Shown here: positions 19,482 to 29,333 of the stretch, piece after piece
How the letters are laid out: every line of letters starts with the position of its first letter
Position numbering within the stretch: the stretch's first letter is position 1
Assembly (NCBI GenBank): GCA_043732305.1
Contig: JAYTHU010000196.1
Coordinates: forward strand, 1-58,744
Length of the DNA: 58,744 nt
Direction: 5' to 3'
From: Oligoflexia bacterium
GTDB taxonomy: Bacteria > Bdellovibrionota > Bdellovibrionia > JABDDW01
Made by a program: the position numbers and the translations under genes
Notes under the pieces: generated by a model
Told to the model about the DNA's origin: nothing
Database searches by the model: none
What the model saw: only the letters and a program-made list of their open reading frames with translations

Positions 19482-20228
19482 TTGAAGAAGCACGAAGAAG
19501 AACATGAAAATCACGAGCGGTGGTTGGTATCCTACGCGGATTTCATCACGCTTTTGTTTGCGTTCTTCACTGTGCTTTATGCTCAGTCTCAGCATGATGC
19601 TGCAAAGGCTGAGGAATTTCAAAAAGCTGTTCAAAAAGCTTTTCGCAGCTTCACGGATTTTGGTGGGCTCGTCGGTAAATTTGTGGATACCAAAGATGCA
19701 ACCCAATTTATTCCACCTCCAATTGATCTCGTTCCTCGAGAGGGATCCTCTTCCGGCGAAATGAAAGATTACATGGAAAAACAACTTGAATCGGAAATGT
19801 CGACCCAAGATATGACGGCCGATGAAGTGAGCCTGAAGTCAGATGCTTCTGGCGTCACGGTAACCCTTGGTGCCTCTAGCTTTTTCGACCCGGGTGAGGG
19901 GTTGGTCCGTGAAGATGCACTGCCCGTTCTAAATAAAATCGCCAAGGTATTGAAAAAGACTCGCCGAGTTTTGATTGTGGAGGGTCACACAGATGATCTT
20001 CCCATTCACAATGTAAGATTTCCCAGCAATTGGGAATTGTCTGCAACACGAGCTTCTACCATCGTGAGATATCTGCAAACGATTCATCGTTACCCGACTG
20101 ATCATTTGATTGCTGTTGGCTATGCTGATCAGCGTCCCGTTGTTCCCAATGATTCGCCTGAACATCGGGCGAAAAATCGTCGGATTGAAATCCTCGTCGT
20201 GACGGACAATAAAGCCCTCTTAAAATAG
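19482..20228 (+). CDS. motB: Flagellar stator protein MotB
   Basis: ERWLVSYADFITLL TM segment with the conserved Asp; OmpA-like VEGHTD, NWELSATRA, NRRIEI. Confidence 0.95.
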   Translation: MKKHEEEHENHERWLVSYADFITLLFAFFTVLYAQSQHDAAKAEEFQKAVQKAFRSFTDFGGLVGKFVDTKDATQFIPPPIDLVPREGSSSGEMKDYMEKQLESEMSTQDMTADEVSLKSDASGVTVTLGASSFFDPGEGLVREDALPVLNKIAKVLKKTRRVLIVEGHTDDLPIHNVRFPSNWELSATRASTIVRYLQTIHRYPTDHLIAVGYADQRPVVPNDSPEHRAKNRRIEILVVTDNKALLK

Positions 20229-20317
20229 GTCAAAACAACCTGATTGACAAACCCAGCCATATTCCATTAAATCCGATGGTCAAACCGAAATAAAAAAACC
20301 TGAAAACTAAGGATTGT

Positions 20318-22798
20318 ATGTTTAAACAAGCACGTTATTATCTCCTGGCGCTGGCCACTATGTTCAGCGGCGTGGAAGTATTTGCAAATGAGGCGGAAAT
20401 AAAAGTTCCTCCATTGACTGGGATTATGTACAACATTTTCGGCACGCCGGTCGCAGGAACTACCCTTTTGGGAATCGGGATGGTCGTTGCTGTTCTCGGA
20501 GCTATATTCGGCCTCACCGAATCCATGAAAATCAAAAATCTCCCCGCACACAAATCCATGTTGGATGTGTCTCATCTCATTTACGAAACCTGTAAAACAT
20601 ATCTCTTCACCCAAGGTCGCTTCCTTATCATTTTGGAATGTCTTGTTGGTTCAGCGATTTTTTACTATTTCTTTTTCCTGCAGCACATGGTGCTTGGTCG
20701 AGTGGCGGTCATTCTCACTTGGTCAGTTCTTGGTGTTCTTGGATCTTTTGCAGTGGCTTGGTTTGGTATTCGAATCAACACTTACGCCAATAGCCGAACA
20801 GCGTTTGCTTCTCTCAAAGCAAAACCTTATTCCGTTATGGACATCCCTCTTCGATCCGGAATGTCGATTGGGGTGATTTTAATTTGCGTTGAAATTTTCT
20901 TGCTGCTTTTCATTCTTCTTTTTGTTTCTCCCGAAAATGCTGGAGCCTGCTTCATTGGTTTCGCGATCGGTGAATCTCTCGGAGCTTCTGTTCTCCGCAT
21001 CTGCGGTGGTATTTTCACAAAAATCGCTGATATCGGATCAGATTTGATGAAGATTGTTTTCAACATCAAAGAAGATGATGCACGCAACCCCGGAGTTATT
21101 GCTGATTGCGTTGGCGACAATGCTGGCGATTCCGTTGGGCCTACAGCTGACGGATTTGAGACTTACGGTGTCACGGCCGTCGCTCTTATTTCTTTCATCA
21201 CACTGGCTGCCGGAATGGTTGCTGGGCCCAATGGCGGAATGGTTTTGGCTGCAAACGGAATCGAAATTCAAGCACGACTGATCATCTGGTTGTTGGTCAT
21301 GAGTATTTTGATGATTTTCACCTCCATTGTTTCTTATTGGATCACTTCTACCGTTTGCAGAGTTAAGTATGGGCAAAAAGATCACTTCGATTTCGAAGCT
21401 CCTTTGACAGCGCTCGTTTGGATCACATCTTTGATTTCAATCGCAGTGACATATGTTGCCAGTTACGTTTTGATTCATGACTTGGGAGACGGCCAGGCTT
21501 GGCTGACACTCGCCACGATCATCAGCTGCGGAACTTTAGCCGCAGCAATTATTCCTGAACTCACAAAAGCTTTCACTTCGTCTAAATCGAAACACGTTGC
21601 CGAAGTTGTCAACGCGGCTCGCGAAGGTGGAGCTTCTCTTGGAATTCTTTCCGGACTTGTTGCTGGAAATTTCAGCGCTTTCTGGAAAGGTATGGTTATG
21701 GTCGGTTTGATGCTCGCAGCTTATCTGTCAAGCTCGCATGGATTAGATACCATCATGATGTATCCCGCTGTGTTCTCATTTGGTTTAGTGGCCTTTGGTT
21801 TCTTGAGCATGGCTCCTGTGACCATCGCCGTCGACAGCTTCGGTCCGGTAGCTGACAACGCTCAATCTATTTTTGAATTGTCTCAGATTGAATCTATTTC
21901 TGGAATCTCTGAAGAAATCAAAAAAGATTTCGGATTCACTCCAAATTTTGAGAGTGGAAAACATTATCTCGAACAAAGTGATTCTGCTGGTAACACTTTC
22001 AAAGCAACGTCTAAACCCGTTTTGATTGGGACTGCAGTTATCGGAGCGACCACAATGATCTTCTCGATCATTTTACTCCTGAATTTGAAACTTGATCTAT
22101 TGAATGCTCGAGTAATGATGGGACTTATCACTGGCGGAGCCGTTATTTATTGGTTTAGCGGAGCTTCTATTCAGGCTGTCACAACTGGAGCTTATCGTGC
22201 GGTTGAGTACATCAAGAAAAATATCAAACTTGATGATGGAGCTACCAAAGCGTCCATTGAGTCCTCAAAAGATGTGGTTAAGATTTGTACTGATTATGCA
22301 CAAGCAGGAATGATCAATATTTTTGGTGTGGTGTTCTCATTCACTCTCGCCTTTGCATGTTTTGATCCTACCTTCTTTGCGAGCTATCTCATTTCAATAG
22401 CCGCCTTCGGATTATTTCAAGCGATGTTTATGGCTAACGCCGGCGGCGCTTGGGACAATGCTAAGAAAGTTGTCGAAGTTGATCTGCGCGAAAAAGGAAC
22501 ACCCCTTCATGATGCTACCGTTGTCGGTGACACTGTTGGCGATCCATTCAAAGACACTTCAAGTGTGGCTTTGAATCCGATCATCAAGTTCACTACTTTA
22601 TTTGGTTTGCTCGCAGTTGAAATTGCTGTGCACGCTAAAGAAAAGGCAATGTATGTCGGAGTAGTCATGTTCATCGTAGGTTTGTTTTTCGTGTACCGTT
22701 CCTTTTACGGAATGCGCATCAGCACACAGCCTCTCATGATCAAAGACAAAAAGACTGGAAAGTCTACTCCCGCGGTCGCAAGAGCGATGGAGCACTAA
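20318..22798 (+). CDS. hppA: Membrane-bound cation-pumping pyrophosphatase, K+-independent divergent type
   Basis: GGIFTKIADIGSDL, EDDARNPGVIADCVGDNAGD, GGAWDNAKK, GDTVGDPFKDT; GNTFKA. Confidence 0.93.
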   Translation: MFKQARYYLLALATMFSGVEVFANEAEIKVPPLTGIMYNIFGTPVAGTTLLGIGMVVAVLGAIFGLTESMKIKNLPAHKSMLDVSHLIYETCKTYLFTQGRFLIILECLVGSAIFYYFFFLQHMVLGRVAVILTWSVLGVLGSFAVAWFGIRINTYANSRTAFASLKAKPYSVMDIPLRSGMSIGVILICVEIFLLLFILLFVSPENAGACFIGFAIGESLGASVLRICGGIFTKIADIGSDLMKIVFNIKEDDARNPGVIADCVGDNAGDSVGPTADGFETYGVTAVALISFITLAAGMVAGPNGGMVLAANGIEIQARLIIWLLVMSILMIFTSIVSYWITSTVCRVKYGQKDHFDFEAPLTALVWITSLISIAVTYVASYVLIHDLGDGQAWLTLATIISCGTLAAAIIPELTKAFTSSKSKHVAEVVNAAREGGASLGILSGLVAGNFSAFWKGMVMVGLMLAAYLSSSHGLDTIMMYPAVFSFGLVAFGFLSMAPVTIAVDSFGPVADNAQSIFELSQIESISGISEEIKKDFGFTPNFESGKHYLEQSDSAGNTFKATSKPVLIGTAVIGATTMIFSIILLLNLKLDLLNARVMMGLITGGAVIYWFSGASIQAVTTGAYRAVEYIKKNIKLDDGATKASIESSKDVVKICTDYAQAGMINIFGVVFSFTLAFACFDPTFFASYLISIAAFGLFQAMFMANAGGAWDNAKKVVEVDLREKGTPLHDATVVGDTVGDPFKDTSSVALNPIIKFTTLFGLLAVEIAVHAKEKAMYVGVVMFIVGLFFVYRSFYGMRISTQPLMIKDKKTGKSTPAVARAMEH

Positions 22799-22824
22799 AG
22801 GTCCAGATTTAAAAAATCAAAAAT

Positions 22825-22856
22825 GCGGGCACCGGAAACAGTGTCCGTTTTTTTTT
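22825..22856 (+). terminator. Rho-independent terminator after hppA
   Basis: GCGGGCAC/GTGTCCGT stem followed by a long T-run. Confidence 0.7.
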
Positions 22857-22936
22857 CTGTTTTAACCGATACTTCGTTCACGAGAGTCTTATCCCACTGG
22901 AGCCATGAAGGCTACATTTTGGACAAGGAGCGCCCG

Positions 22937-24733
22937 TTGAAGACTCTTTTTTTTCCAGCTGTATTTCTTTTCCTATTGATTTCACTCTTGTTTTTGCAAA
23001 AACCCCTCGCCGATGCCACTGCCCAGGGCACGGTAAGACTAGAAAACCACGTGCCGGAAAATGCCATGCGTGGAGCAATTCACATGGGAAGAATGGCCGG
23101 CGAAGCTAAAGTTTCGATGACCGTTTCTTTGAACTTGAGAAATCAAGCCCAATTGGAAATTCTGATCGGTAGGCTCCATGATCCACATGATTCAATGTAC
23201 GGAAAATTTCTTTCCACTAGTCAATTCAATATGAACTATGCGTCAGCAGAGGAAGACAAAGCGGCGGTTCTGCAATACCTGGTGAGCCATAAATTAGAAC
23301 CGATGAAAATGAGTTCAAACACGGTGCAATTCCGGGGAAGCGTGAGTGACATTGAAAAGGCTTTCAGCATCGAAATGCATCAGTATCAATCAACAGATGG
23401 TAGGCAAGTCTACGCTCCGAATATAAATCCCGCCGTTGATTCGGCGATTGCATCCAAAATTTCGGGAATCTTGGGACTCAATAACTTCACAAAATTTGTT
23501 TCTCATAGAAAATTAAAAAAGCTCTCTTCTGTTTCAAATGCGATCGGTAGTGGCCCAAATGGCGGAATGTCGCCAACTGATATTCAAAAAGCTTATGCTT
23601 TCGACAAAACTAGTGCCAATGGCACAGGCCAAAATTTAGCGCTGATGGAACTCGACGGTTACAAACCGTCTGACATCAGCACCTACTCGGGGCAGTTCGG
23701 ATTAAAAACTCCTCCATCGCTGCAAAATATTTTAATTGGCGGGTATGATGGATCTGCCGGCGATGGTTCAGATGAAGTCACTCTCGACATCGAATTGATG
23801 ATGGCGGTAGCTCCAGGAGCTTCGCAAATTCTTGTTTATGAAGGACCTAATTCTGAGACTGGCCCTATTGATGTTTACACAAAAATTGCGGACGACAATA
23901 TCGCCAAGCAAGTGAGTTCATCTTGGGGAAGCTGGGAAGCAGGTAATACCCCGGCGTTTTTAAATTCTGAAAATGCGATTTTCATGCAGATGGCGGCACA
24001 AGGACAATCCATTTACGCGGCAGCTGGTGATTCCGGTGCCTATGACGATGGAAAAACATTAAGCGTGGATGATCCCGCATCACAACCTTACGTTGTTGCC
24101 GCTGGAGGGACCACACTTGCTGTCAATACTGACGGTTCATACTTGAGCGAAAGCAGTTGGGGGACAAAAGCCAGCGGCAAGCGAGATGCTTCAGGTGGTG
24201 GTGGCGGAATCAGCGGCGTTTGGCCAATTCCCTCTTGGCAAGTTGGAATTGTGACCACTAGTAACAAAGGTTCAAGCACAAATCGCATGGTCCCAGATAT
24301 TTCCATGAACGCAAATCCTAATACTGGTTATGCCATTTATTCCGGTGGCAGTTGGGGTGTTTTTGGTGGCACAAGTTGTGTTGCGCCTTTGCTTGCTGGA
24401 TTCACGGCACTTATTAATCAACAGCGAGCATCCGGTGGAGCGGCACCTCTGGGATTTGCAAACTTAGAAATTTACAATGCTGCCAAAAGCAGTTCGTACG
24501 CTTCCTTGTTTCACGACGTTTTGAATTCAACGGACAACTTATTTTATTTAGCTATTGAAGGATTTGATTTAGCTACTGGTTGGGGATCTCCTAACATTCC
24601 AAGTCTGCTTTCCGTTTTAAGTGCGCTTGGTTTACCGGTCGCAAATAATCCAATAGTTGCTCTTCCCCCCACGCCTACTGATTTCAGCGTGGTCGTTCCT
24701 GGTAACAGTTTAATCAACGGAGGATTGCAATAA
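22937..24733 (+). CDS. S53 (sedolisin/kumamolisin) serine peptidase with prodomain
   Basis: TTG start after AAGGAG, signal peptide, EVTLDIE, AAAGDSG, GGTSCVAP, GFDLATGWGSP. Confidence 0.92.
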   Translation: MKTLFFPAVFLFLLISLLFLQKPLADATAQGTVRLENHVPENAMRGAIHMGRMAGEAKVSMTVSLNLRNQAQLEILIGRLHDPHDSMYGKFLSTSQFNMNYASAEEDKAAVLQYLVSHKLEPMKMSSNTVQFRGSVSDIEKAFSIEMHQYQSTDGRQVYAPNINPAVDSAIASKISGILGLNNFTKFVSHRKLKKLSSVSNAIGSGPNGGMSPTDIQKAYAFDKTSANGTGQNLALMELDGYKPSDISTYSGQFGLKTPPSLQNILIGGYDGSAGDGSDEVTLDIELMMAVAPGASQILVYEGPNSETGPIDVYTKIADDNIAKQVSSSWGSWEAGNTPAFLNSENAIFMQMAAQGQSIYAAAGDSGAYDDGKTLSVDDPASQPYVVAAGGTTLAVNTDGSYLSESSWGTKASGKRDASGGGGGISGVWPIPSWQVGIVTTSNKGSSTNRMVPDISMNANPNTGYAIYSGGSWGVFGGTSCVAPLLAGFTALINQQRASGGAAPLGFANLEIYNAAKSSSYASLFHDVLNSTDNLFYLAIEGFDLATGWGSPNIPSLLSVLSALGLPVANNPIVALPPTPTDFSVVVPGNSLINGGLQ

Positions 24734-25119
24734 TGAAAACACAAATCAAAGATTCAGTTTTTCCCATGGCTTTTGCGTTGGTTTTAATCTCAGGACTTTT
24801 GGGAGGATGTGCCCCTTCGAATGTTCCATTGAGCACTAGAATTTCGAGTCCCACTGGATCAAACACAGCTCCTGGAGCTTCGGCCCCATCATCAAAAGTC
24901 CAGCTCGCTTGGAACTCTGTTGCCGGACAGCAAAATGGTTTTTTCATTGAAGAGTCAACTGACGGAAATAATTTTTCACAAGTTTTGACCGTTCCCGATC
25001 GAACAAATAGCGCCACTATTTCGGTTCCTTCCGCCGGTACTTATTTCTTTCGCATACGAAGTTTTAACAATGCTGGAGCCTCACCCTTCTCACCGACTAT
25101 TACAGCCAAAGCCGCCTGA
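24733..25119 (+). CDS. Fibronectin type III domain lipoprotein
   Basis: Lipobox LGGC; VQLAW, GFFIEES, TYFFRIRSFNNAGASPFS. Confidence 0.8.
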   Translation: MKTQIKDSVFPMAFALVLISGLLGGCAPSNVPLSTRISSPTGSNTAPGASAPSSKVQLAWNSVAGQQNGFFIEESTDGNNFSQVLTVPDRTNSATISVPSAGTYFFRIRSFNNAGASPFSPTITAKAA

Positions 25120-25240
25120 CAAAAAGCGACCATTGGCGAGCTCACGGAAATATTCTGCTCTTGACGCATGGGCACCGAGTCCCCAATATATAGGTACGCC
25201 GTACCGCTTCCGCAATTATATAGCCGTTGGAGATGTCAAA

Positions 25241-26638
25241 ATGGAAATTAGAAATCAGATTAAAAAATTATTGAGTGCCAGTGGCCATTGGGCGGAAGTT
25301 CGTTATCATGGAAAGTTGAGCCGATCACTCGGCGTTATGAAGGGCGAAGTTTCGGAAATTTCCAGCAAGCGGTATGAGGGTGTCGGTATAAGAGTCTTGG
25401 TCGATGGCACTTTTGGATTCGCCAGCACCGGTGATCTCACACAACCTTCACTCGAAGCGACTTTGAAAAAAGCGGAGGAAATGGCACGAGAAATTGCCAG
25501 TCGTCGCAAGAAAAAAATCAAACTCCCTGCAACGTCACGTCTAGCCCATGGGGATTTTTTTATTCCTGGTTATGAAGATTTAGAAAACATGCCATGGGAA
25601 AAGAAATTAGATCTTGTCAGACAAACCGAAGAAAAATTACGTGGCTCTTCGAAGAGTGTCGAAAGCGCAAGCTGTCAGTACACGGAAGTTTTCGAAGAAA
25701 AAATCATCATGACCACAGATGGAGCAAACGCTCATTCTAAATTAGTTCGTCCAGAATTTCGCATGTCTGCTTTTGCAGCTGATGGTGCTAAGCACAGTCG
25801 CGGTTTTGAGTCTATCGGCGTCACTGGCGCATGGGATTGTCTCTTTCAAAATCGTACAGCGGACACTCTCATTGAAAGCGCGAGCAAATCGGCAGTCGAT
25901 TTATTAAAAGCTCCCGTGGCAAATGGCGGAAAAGCCAAAGTGATTCTTTCTCCGGCGATGGTCGGACTTCTTTGTCATGAAGCCATCGGACACACGGTTG
26001 AAGCTGACTTTGTACTCTCTGGCAGCGTTGCTCAAGGAAAATTAAATCAAACAGTTGCAAGCAATCTCGTCACACTTTCAGACAGTGGGCATAGTGAATT
26101 CACAAAAGGTGCCGGCGGAACTTTACCGTTTGATGACGAAGGCGTTTTATCTCAACGCGTAGACGTGATCAAAGAAGGAAAGCTAGTTGGTTATTTACAT
26201 AACCGGGAGAGTGCGGAGCACTTCGGTGTTGAGCCCGGTGGGAACTCACGCGCCTGGGAATTTTCGGATGAGCCACTCATACGCATGCGCAACACGTTTA
26301 TTCAACCAGGCACCAGCAAGCTTGATGATATGATCGCAGGTATTGACGAAGGATTTTTTGTCGATGGCCCCGAAGGCGGACAAGCCGATGCTACCGGCGA
26401 ATTTATGTTTGGAGCAAATCGAGTACGAAGAATCAAAAACGGAAAATTGGGCGAAACAGTTCAGAAGCTGACCGTCGCCGGCCAAGCTTTTGATGTTTTG
26501 AAAACTGTCGATGCTGTGAGTTCAGATTTTCGATGGGACCTTGGCGCTGGCCATTGCGGAAAAGGACAACCCGCAAAAGTGGATGCTGGTGGCCCATTTA
26601 TCAGATGTGAAGTCACCCTCGGAGGTCGCGGATCATGA
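25241..26638 (+). CDS. tldD: Metalloprotease TldD
   Basis: GVGIRV, HEAIGHTVEAD, RMRNT, CGKGQ; start moved to ATG 25241. Confidence 0.92.
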   Translation: MEIRNQIKKLLSASGHWAEVRYHGKLSRSLGVMKGEVSEISSKRYEGVGIRVLVDGTFGFASTGDLTQPSLEATLKKAEEMAREIASRRKKKIKLPATSRLAHGDFFIPGYEDLENMPWEKKLDLVRQTEEKLRGSSKSVESASCQYTEVFEEKIIMTTDGANAHSKLVRPEFRMSAFAADGAKHSRGFESIGVTGAWDCLFQNRTADTLIESASKSAVDLLKAPVANGGKAKVILSPAMVGLLCHEAIGHTVEADFVLSGSVAQGKLNQTVASNLVTLSDSGHSEFTKGAGGTLPFDDEGVLSQRVDVIKEGKLVGYLHNRESAEHFGVEPGGNSRAWEFSDEPLIRMRNTFIQPGTSKLDDMIAGIDEGFFVDGPEGGQADATGEFMFGANRVRRIKNGKLGETVQKLTVAGQAFDVLKTVDAVSSDFRWDLGAGHCGKGQPAKVDAGGPFIRCEVTLGGRGS

Positions 26639-27987
26639 GCCAGAAAAACAACAGCGCAATGGAAGAATTAGGACTTGGTCTCATGAACGCTTTTTCTAAA
26701 TTAGAAAAAGGCGATATAGAAATCTGTATTGATGACGTTCAAGAAATGAAAATGGTTTATGAGCAAACCGACTTCAGTGTTTCTACCAGTAGCCACATAA
26801 CGACTTACGGCATCCGTGCCATTGTGGATAATCGCGTGGGATTTATTACGACTAATCATTTAGACAAATCCAATATCAAAGACATCGTTCAAGAGGTGCA
26901 AAACATTGCGCGCTTGAGTCCTCGAAATGAATATTATCAAGTAGCTGACAAAAGCACGGGTAGCTTTGAGCTTTATGATCATGCCATCGGCACCATGGCG
27001 CCGAAAGATCTTCTTAATCATGCCGATTATTTTATTTCCGAATGTCGAAGAGATCCTCGCGTGCTGATTGATCGCGCTGAAATATCTTTATCGAATGAAA
27101 CCCGATTCATTTTTAACAATAAAGGCGTCAATCAATCAGCTAAACAAAGTCTTTGCAACTGGTATGTTATGGGTATGGCGTCTGAGAATGGCGAAGTCAC
27201 AAGTTTCGATTATGATGGCGATGCCGTCAGTGACGCTTCTAAAATTCACGGACAAATAAATCAGACGGCGAAGAATTTTCGTGAGTCCGTGATTGGAAGT
27301 CTTGGTGCCAAAGGTTGTCAAAGCTATGAGGGTTCTGTTTTGCTTCATCCCGCAGCGGTGGCTCATTTACTCGGCGGAATTGTCGCATTCAATGTGAATG
27401 GTCGCGCTCAACAAGACGGCATGTCATCTTGGAAGGGAAAGCAGGGCGAAAAAATTGCACATGAAAATCTCACTTTGCGGGAGTCCCCACTTGATAAATC
27501 TAGACCCGGAAGTTGGACGCCGTTTGATCGCGAAGGTTTACCCACTCAAGACCGGGATATTATAAAAAATGGTGTTCTAAAATTAACGGCTCACAATTTA
27601 TTCAGCGCTGCTCGTGGAAAAACCTCTCCCACAGGTCATGCGACAGGTGGATCTCGTTCTACTCCCGGGATTGGTTTACATGCAATGAGTTTTGAAAAAG
27701 GAAACACTTCAGAAAAAGACCTGTACGCGGCTCTTGGCAAAGGACTTGTTGTAAAAAGATTTTCTGGAAACGAAGATCCCGTTTCGGGAGTTTTCAGCGG
27801 TATAGCTAAAAATAGTTGGTGGGTTGAAAACGGCAAGCGCACTCAATCGATCAAAGAGGTGATGGTCGCCGGAAATTCTTTTGAATTATTAAAAAACATA
27901 AAATTGATTGGTGCAGACATCACGCGTTTGTCAGGGCAAGTGGATGCGCCTTATATTTTAATCGAAGGCCTAAGCGTCACCGGATAA
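26635..27987 (+). CDS. pmbA: TldE/PmbA family protein
   Basis: PFDREG, TGHA, DPVSGVFS; lacks HExxH; coupled to tldD. Confidence 0.88.
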   Translation: MSQKNNSAMEELGLGLMNAFSKLEKGDIEICIDDVQEMKMVYEQTDFSVSTSSHITTYGIRAIVDNRVGFITTNHLDKSNIKDIVQEVQNIARLSPRNEYYQVADKSTGSFELYDHAIGTMAPKDLLNHADYFISECRRDPRVLIDRAEISLSNETRFIFNNKGVNQSAKQSLCNWYVMGMASENGEVTSFDYDGDAVSDASKIHGQINQTAKNFRESVIGSLGAKGCQSYEGSVLLHPAAVAHLLGGIVAFNVNGRAQQDGMSSWKGKQGEKIAHENLTLRESPLDKSRPGSWTPFDREGLPTQDRDIIKNGVLKLTAHNLFSAARGKTSPTGHATGGSRSTPGIGLHAMSFEKGNTSEKDLYAALGKGLVVKRFSGNEDPVSGVFSGIAKNSWWVENGKRTQSIKEVMVAGNSFELLKNIKLIGADITRLSGQVDAPYILIEGLSVTG

Positions 27988-28612
27988 GGTGACGTAACTT
28001 TCTGACTAGAACACATGATAGCTTGTACGATGTGTACGCAAAAAACGGCGCCGCAAAAACGTCGATAGAATAATGCACGTGTTGTAGGAGCACACAAGTT
28101 CCCAAGCAGAATGATCCCGCCAAGAACATCCAGCCCCATTTTGTGTTTCTTAATTCCAAGAACAGCAAAAATGAAGTCGCTGTGTGGCCAGAGAAAAAAA
28201 GATCTCGCACCGGTGTGACTGTTCCCGTGAATGTAGAAACCACGGGATCGTGCATGAAGATCATATCTAGGGGTGGTTGCAATGGCAAAAGGTAGAGGCC
28301 CAAAACTCGAAACATAACCATGATGGCGTAAGCGTGAGCCCAGACAATTGATTTTCGAGGGTCATGCAGAATTAAATAAACTCCCCAGATGAGAAATATG
28401 TGGATTGTGAAAAATATAATCCAGGTGATATCTCGAGCTCGGAAGAGACTCAAGAACGGATCTTGAAACGCGAAACCGACTCGGCTTTCGTTGAAAATTA
28501 AAAAAGTGCGGATAACAATGAGAGCAAGAAAAACGGAAGCAATCGCAGAGCAAGTTAAAATCCTGGTACTGCGGTTTTTGAGTGCTTCTTTCCAAGTGGA
28601 GTAAATTTTCAT
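27977..28612 (-). CDS. PAP2_C / sphingomyelin-synthase-like membrane phosphotransferase
   Basis: DLFFSGHT and HVHYSIDV motifs, multiple TM segments. Confidence 0.8.
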   Translation of the reverse strand: MKIYSTWKEALKNRSTRILTCSAIASVFLALIVIRTFLIFNESRVGFAFQDPFLSLFRARDITWIIFFTIHIFLIWGVYLILHDPRKSIVWAHAYAIMVMFRVLGLYLLPLQPPLDMIFMHDPVVSTFTGTVTPVRDLFFSGHTATSFLLFLELRNTKWGWMFLAGSFCLGTCVLLQHVHYSIDVFAAPFFAYTSYKLSCVLVRKLRHLIR

Positions 28613-29316
28613 TTCCAGTCGGCCTCGGGAAAAAGTTTTAGTAAATATTTTTGAACGCCAAAAAGAACTTCCGGCGGAATCTCGTGGCCACCATCAAAAG
28701 CTTGAAGTTCGCCATCGAGTCCATGTTTTTTAAACATTGCATTTAACTTTAGCGCGCCCTCGATAGACAGTACGGAATCTTGTTTGCCGTGACTTTGAAA
28801 ATAACGAAATCCACGACGATTCTCCATTGCCTGATCCCAGGCGTCTCCGTTGATAAGTGAACCGGAAAGCACGACTAAACCCAGGGGTTGCACCGCACTG
28901 GTCATAGCCATTTGGGTGGCGAGCATGGCGCCTTGGCTAAATCCGGCGAAGATGGTCTTTTCTACGTTCACACCAAGCTCAATCAGCATTTCATTTAGCA
29001 TTTTTTGGGAAGTGAAAAGTTCCGCAGGTTTTTCGCTTGAGAGATCTCGAGGTCTACCTTGCATCATTGCTTTTTGAATTTCTTCTAGATTGATTGGAGC
29101 CCATGCATGTCCAGATCCATAACCGCCCGTGGGAATTTCCAATGGACCATTAGGAATGAGCCAATTGGTTCCAATTGGCATCTTAAGTACACTACTTATT
29201 GGTGCGAGATCTTGTGCGTCGGCACCATAGCCATGAAGCAAAACAACCGTGGGCGCATTTTTATGGCCTGTGATCTCTACGACCTCCAGGCCAGCAATTT
29301 TCTTAAGTTGATACAT
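28609..29316 (-). CDS. Phospholipase/carboxylesterase (alpha/beta hydrolase)
   Basis: LLHGYG, GFSQG, SHGKQDSV, GGHEI; alternative GTG start at 29322. Confidence 0.9.
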   Translation of the reverse strand: MYQLKKIAGLEVVEITGHKNAPTVVLLHGYGADAQDLAPISSVLKMPIGTNWLIPNGPLEIPTGGYGSGHAWAPINLEEIQKAMMQGRPRDLSSEKPAELFTSQKMLNEMLIELGVNVEKTIFAGFSQGAMLATQMAMTSAVQPLGLVVLSGSLINGDAWDQAMENRRGFRYFQSHGKQDSVLSIEGALKLNAMFKKHGLDGELQAFDGGHEIPPEVLFGVQKYLLKLFPEADWK

Positions 29317-29333
29317 ATGCACAAACTAGAGCC

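Noticed and set aside
22898..22913. GG-N10-GC motif before the S53 protease
   Set aside because: Poor match to the TGGCAC and TTGC flanks.
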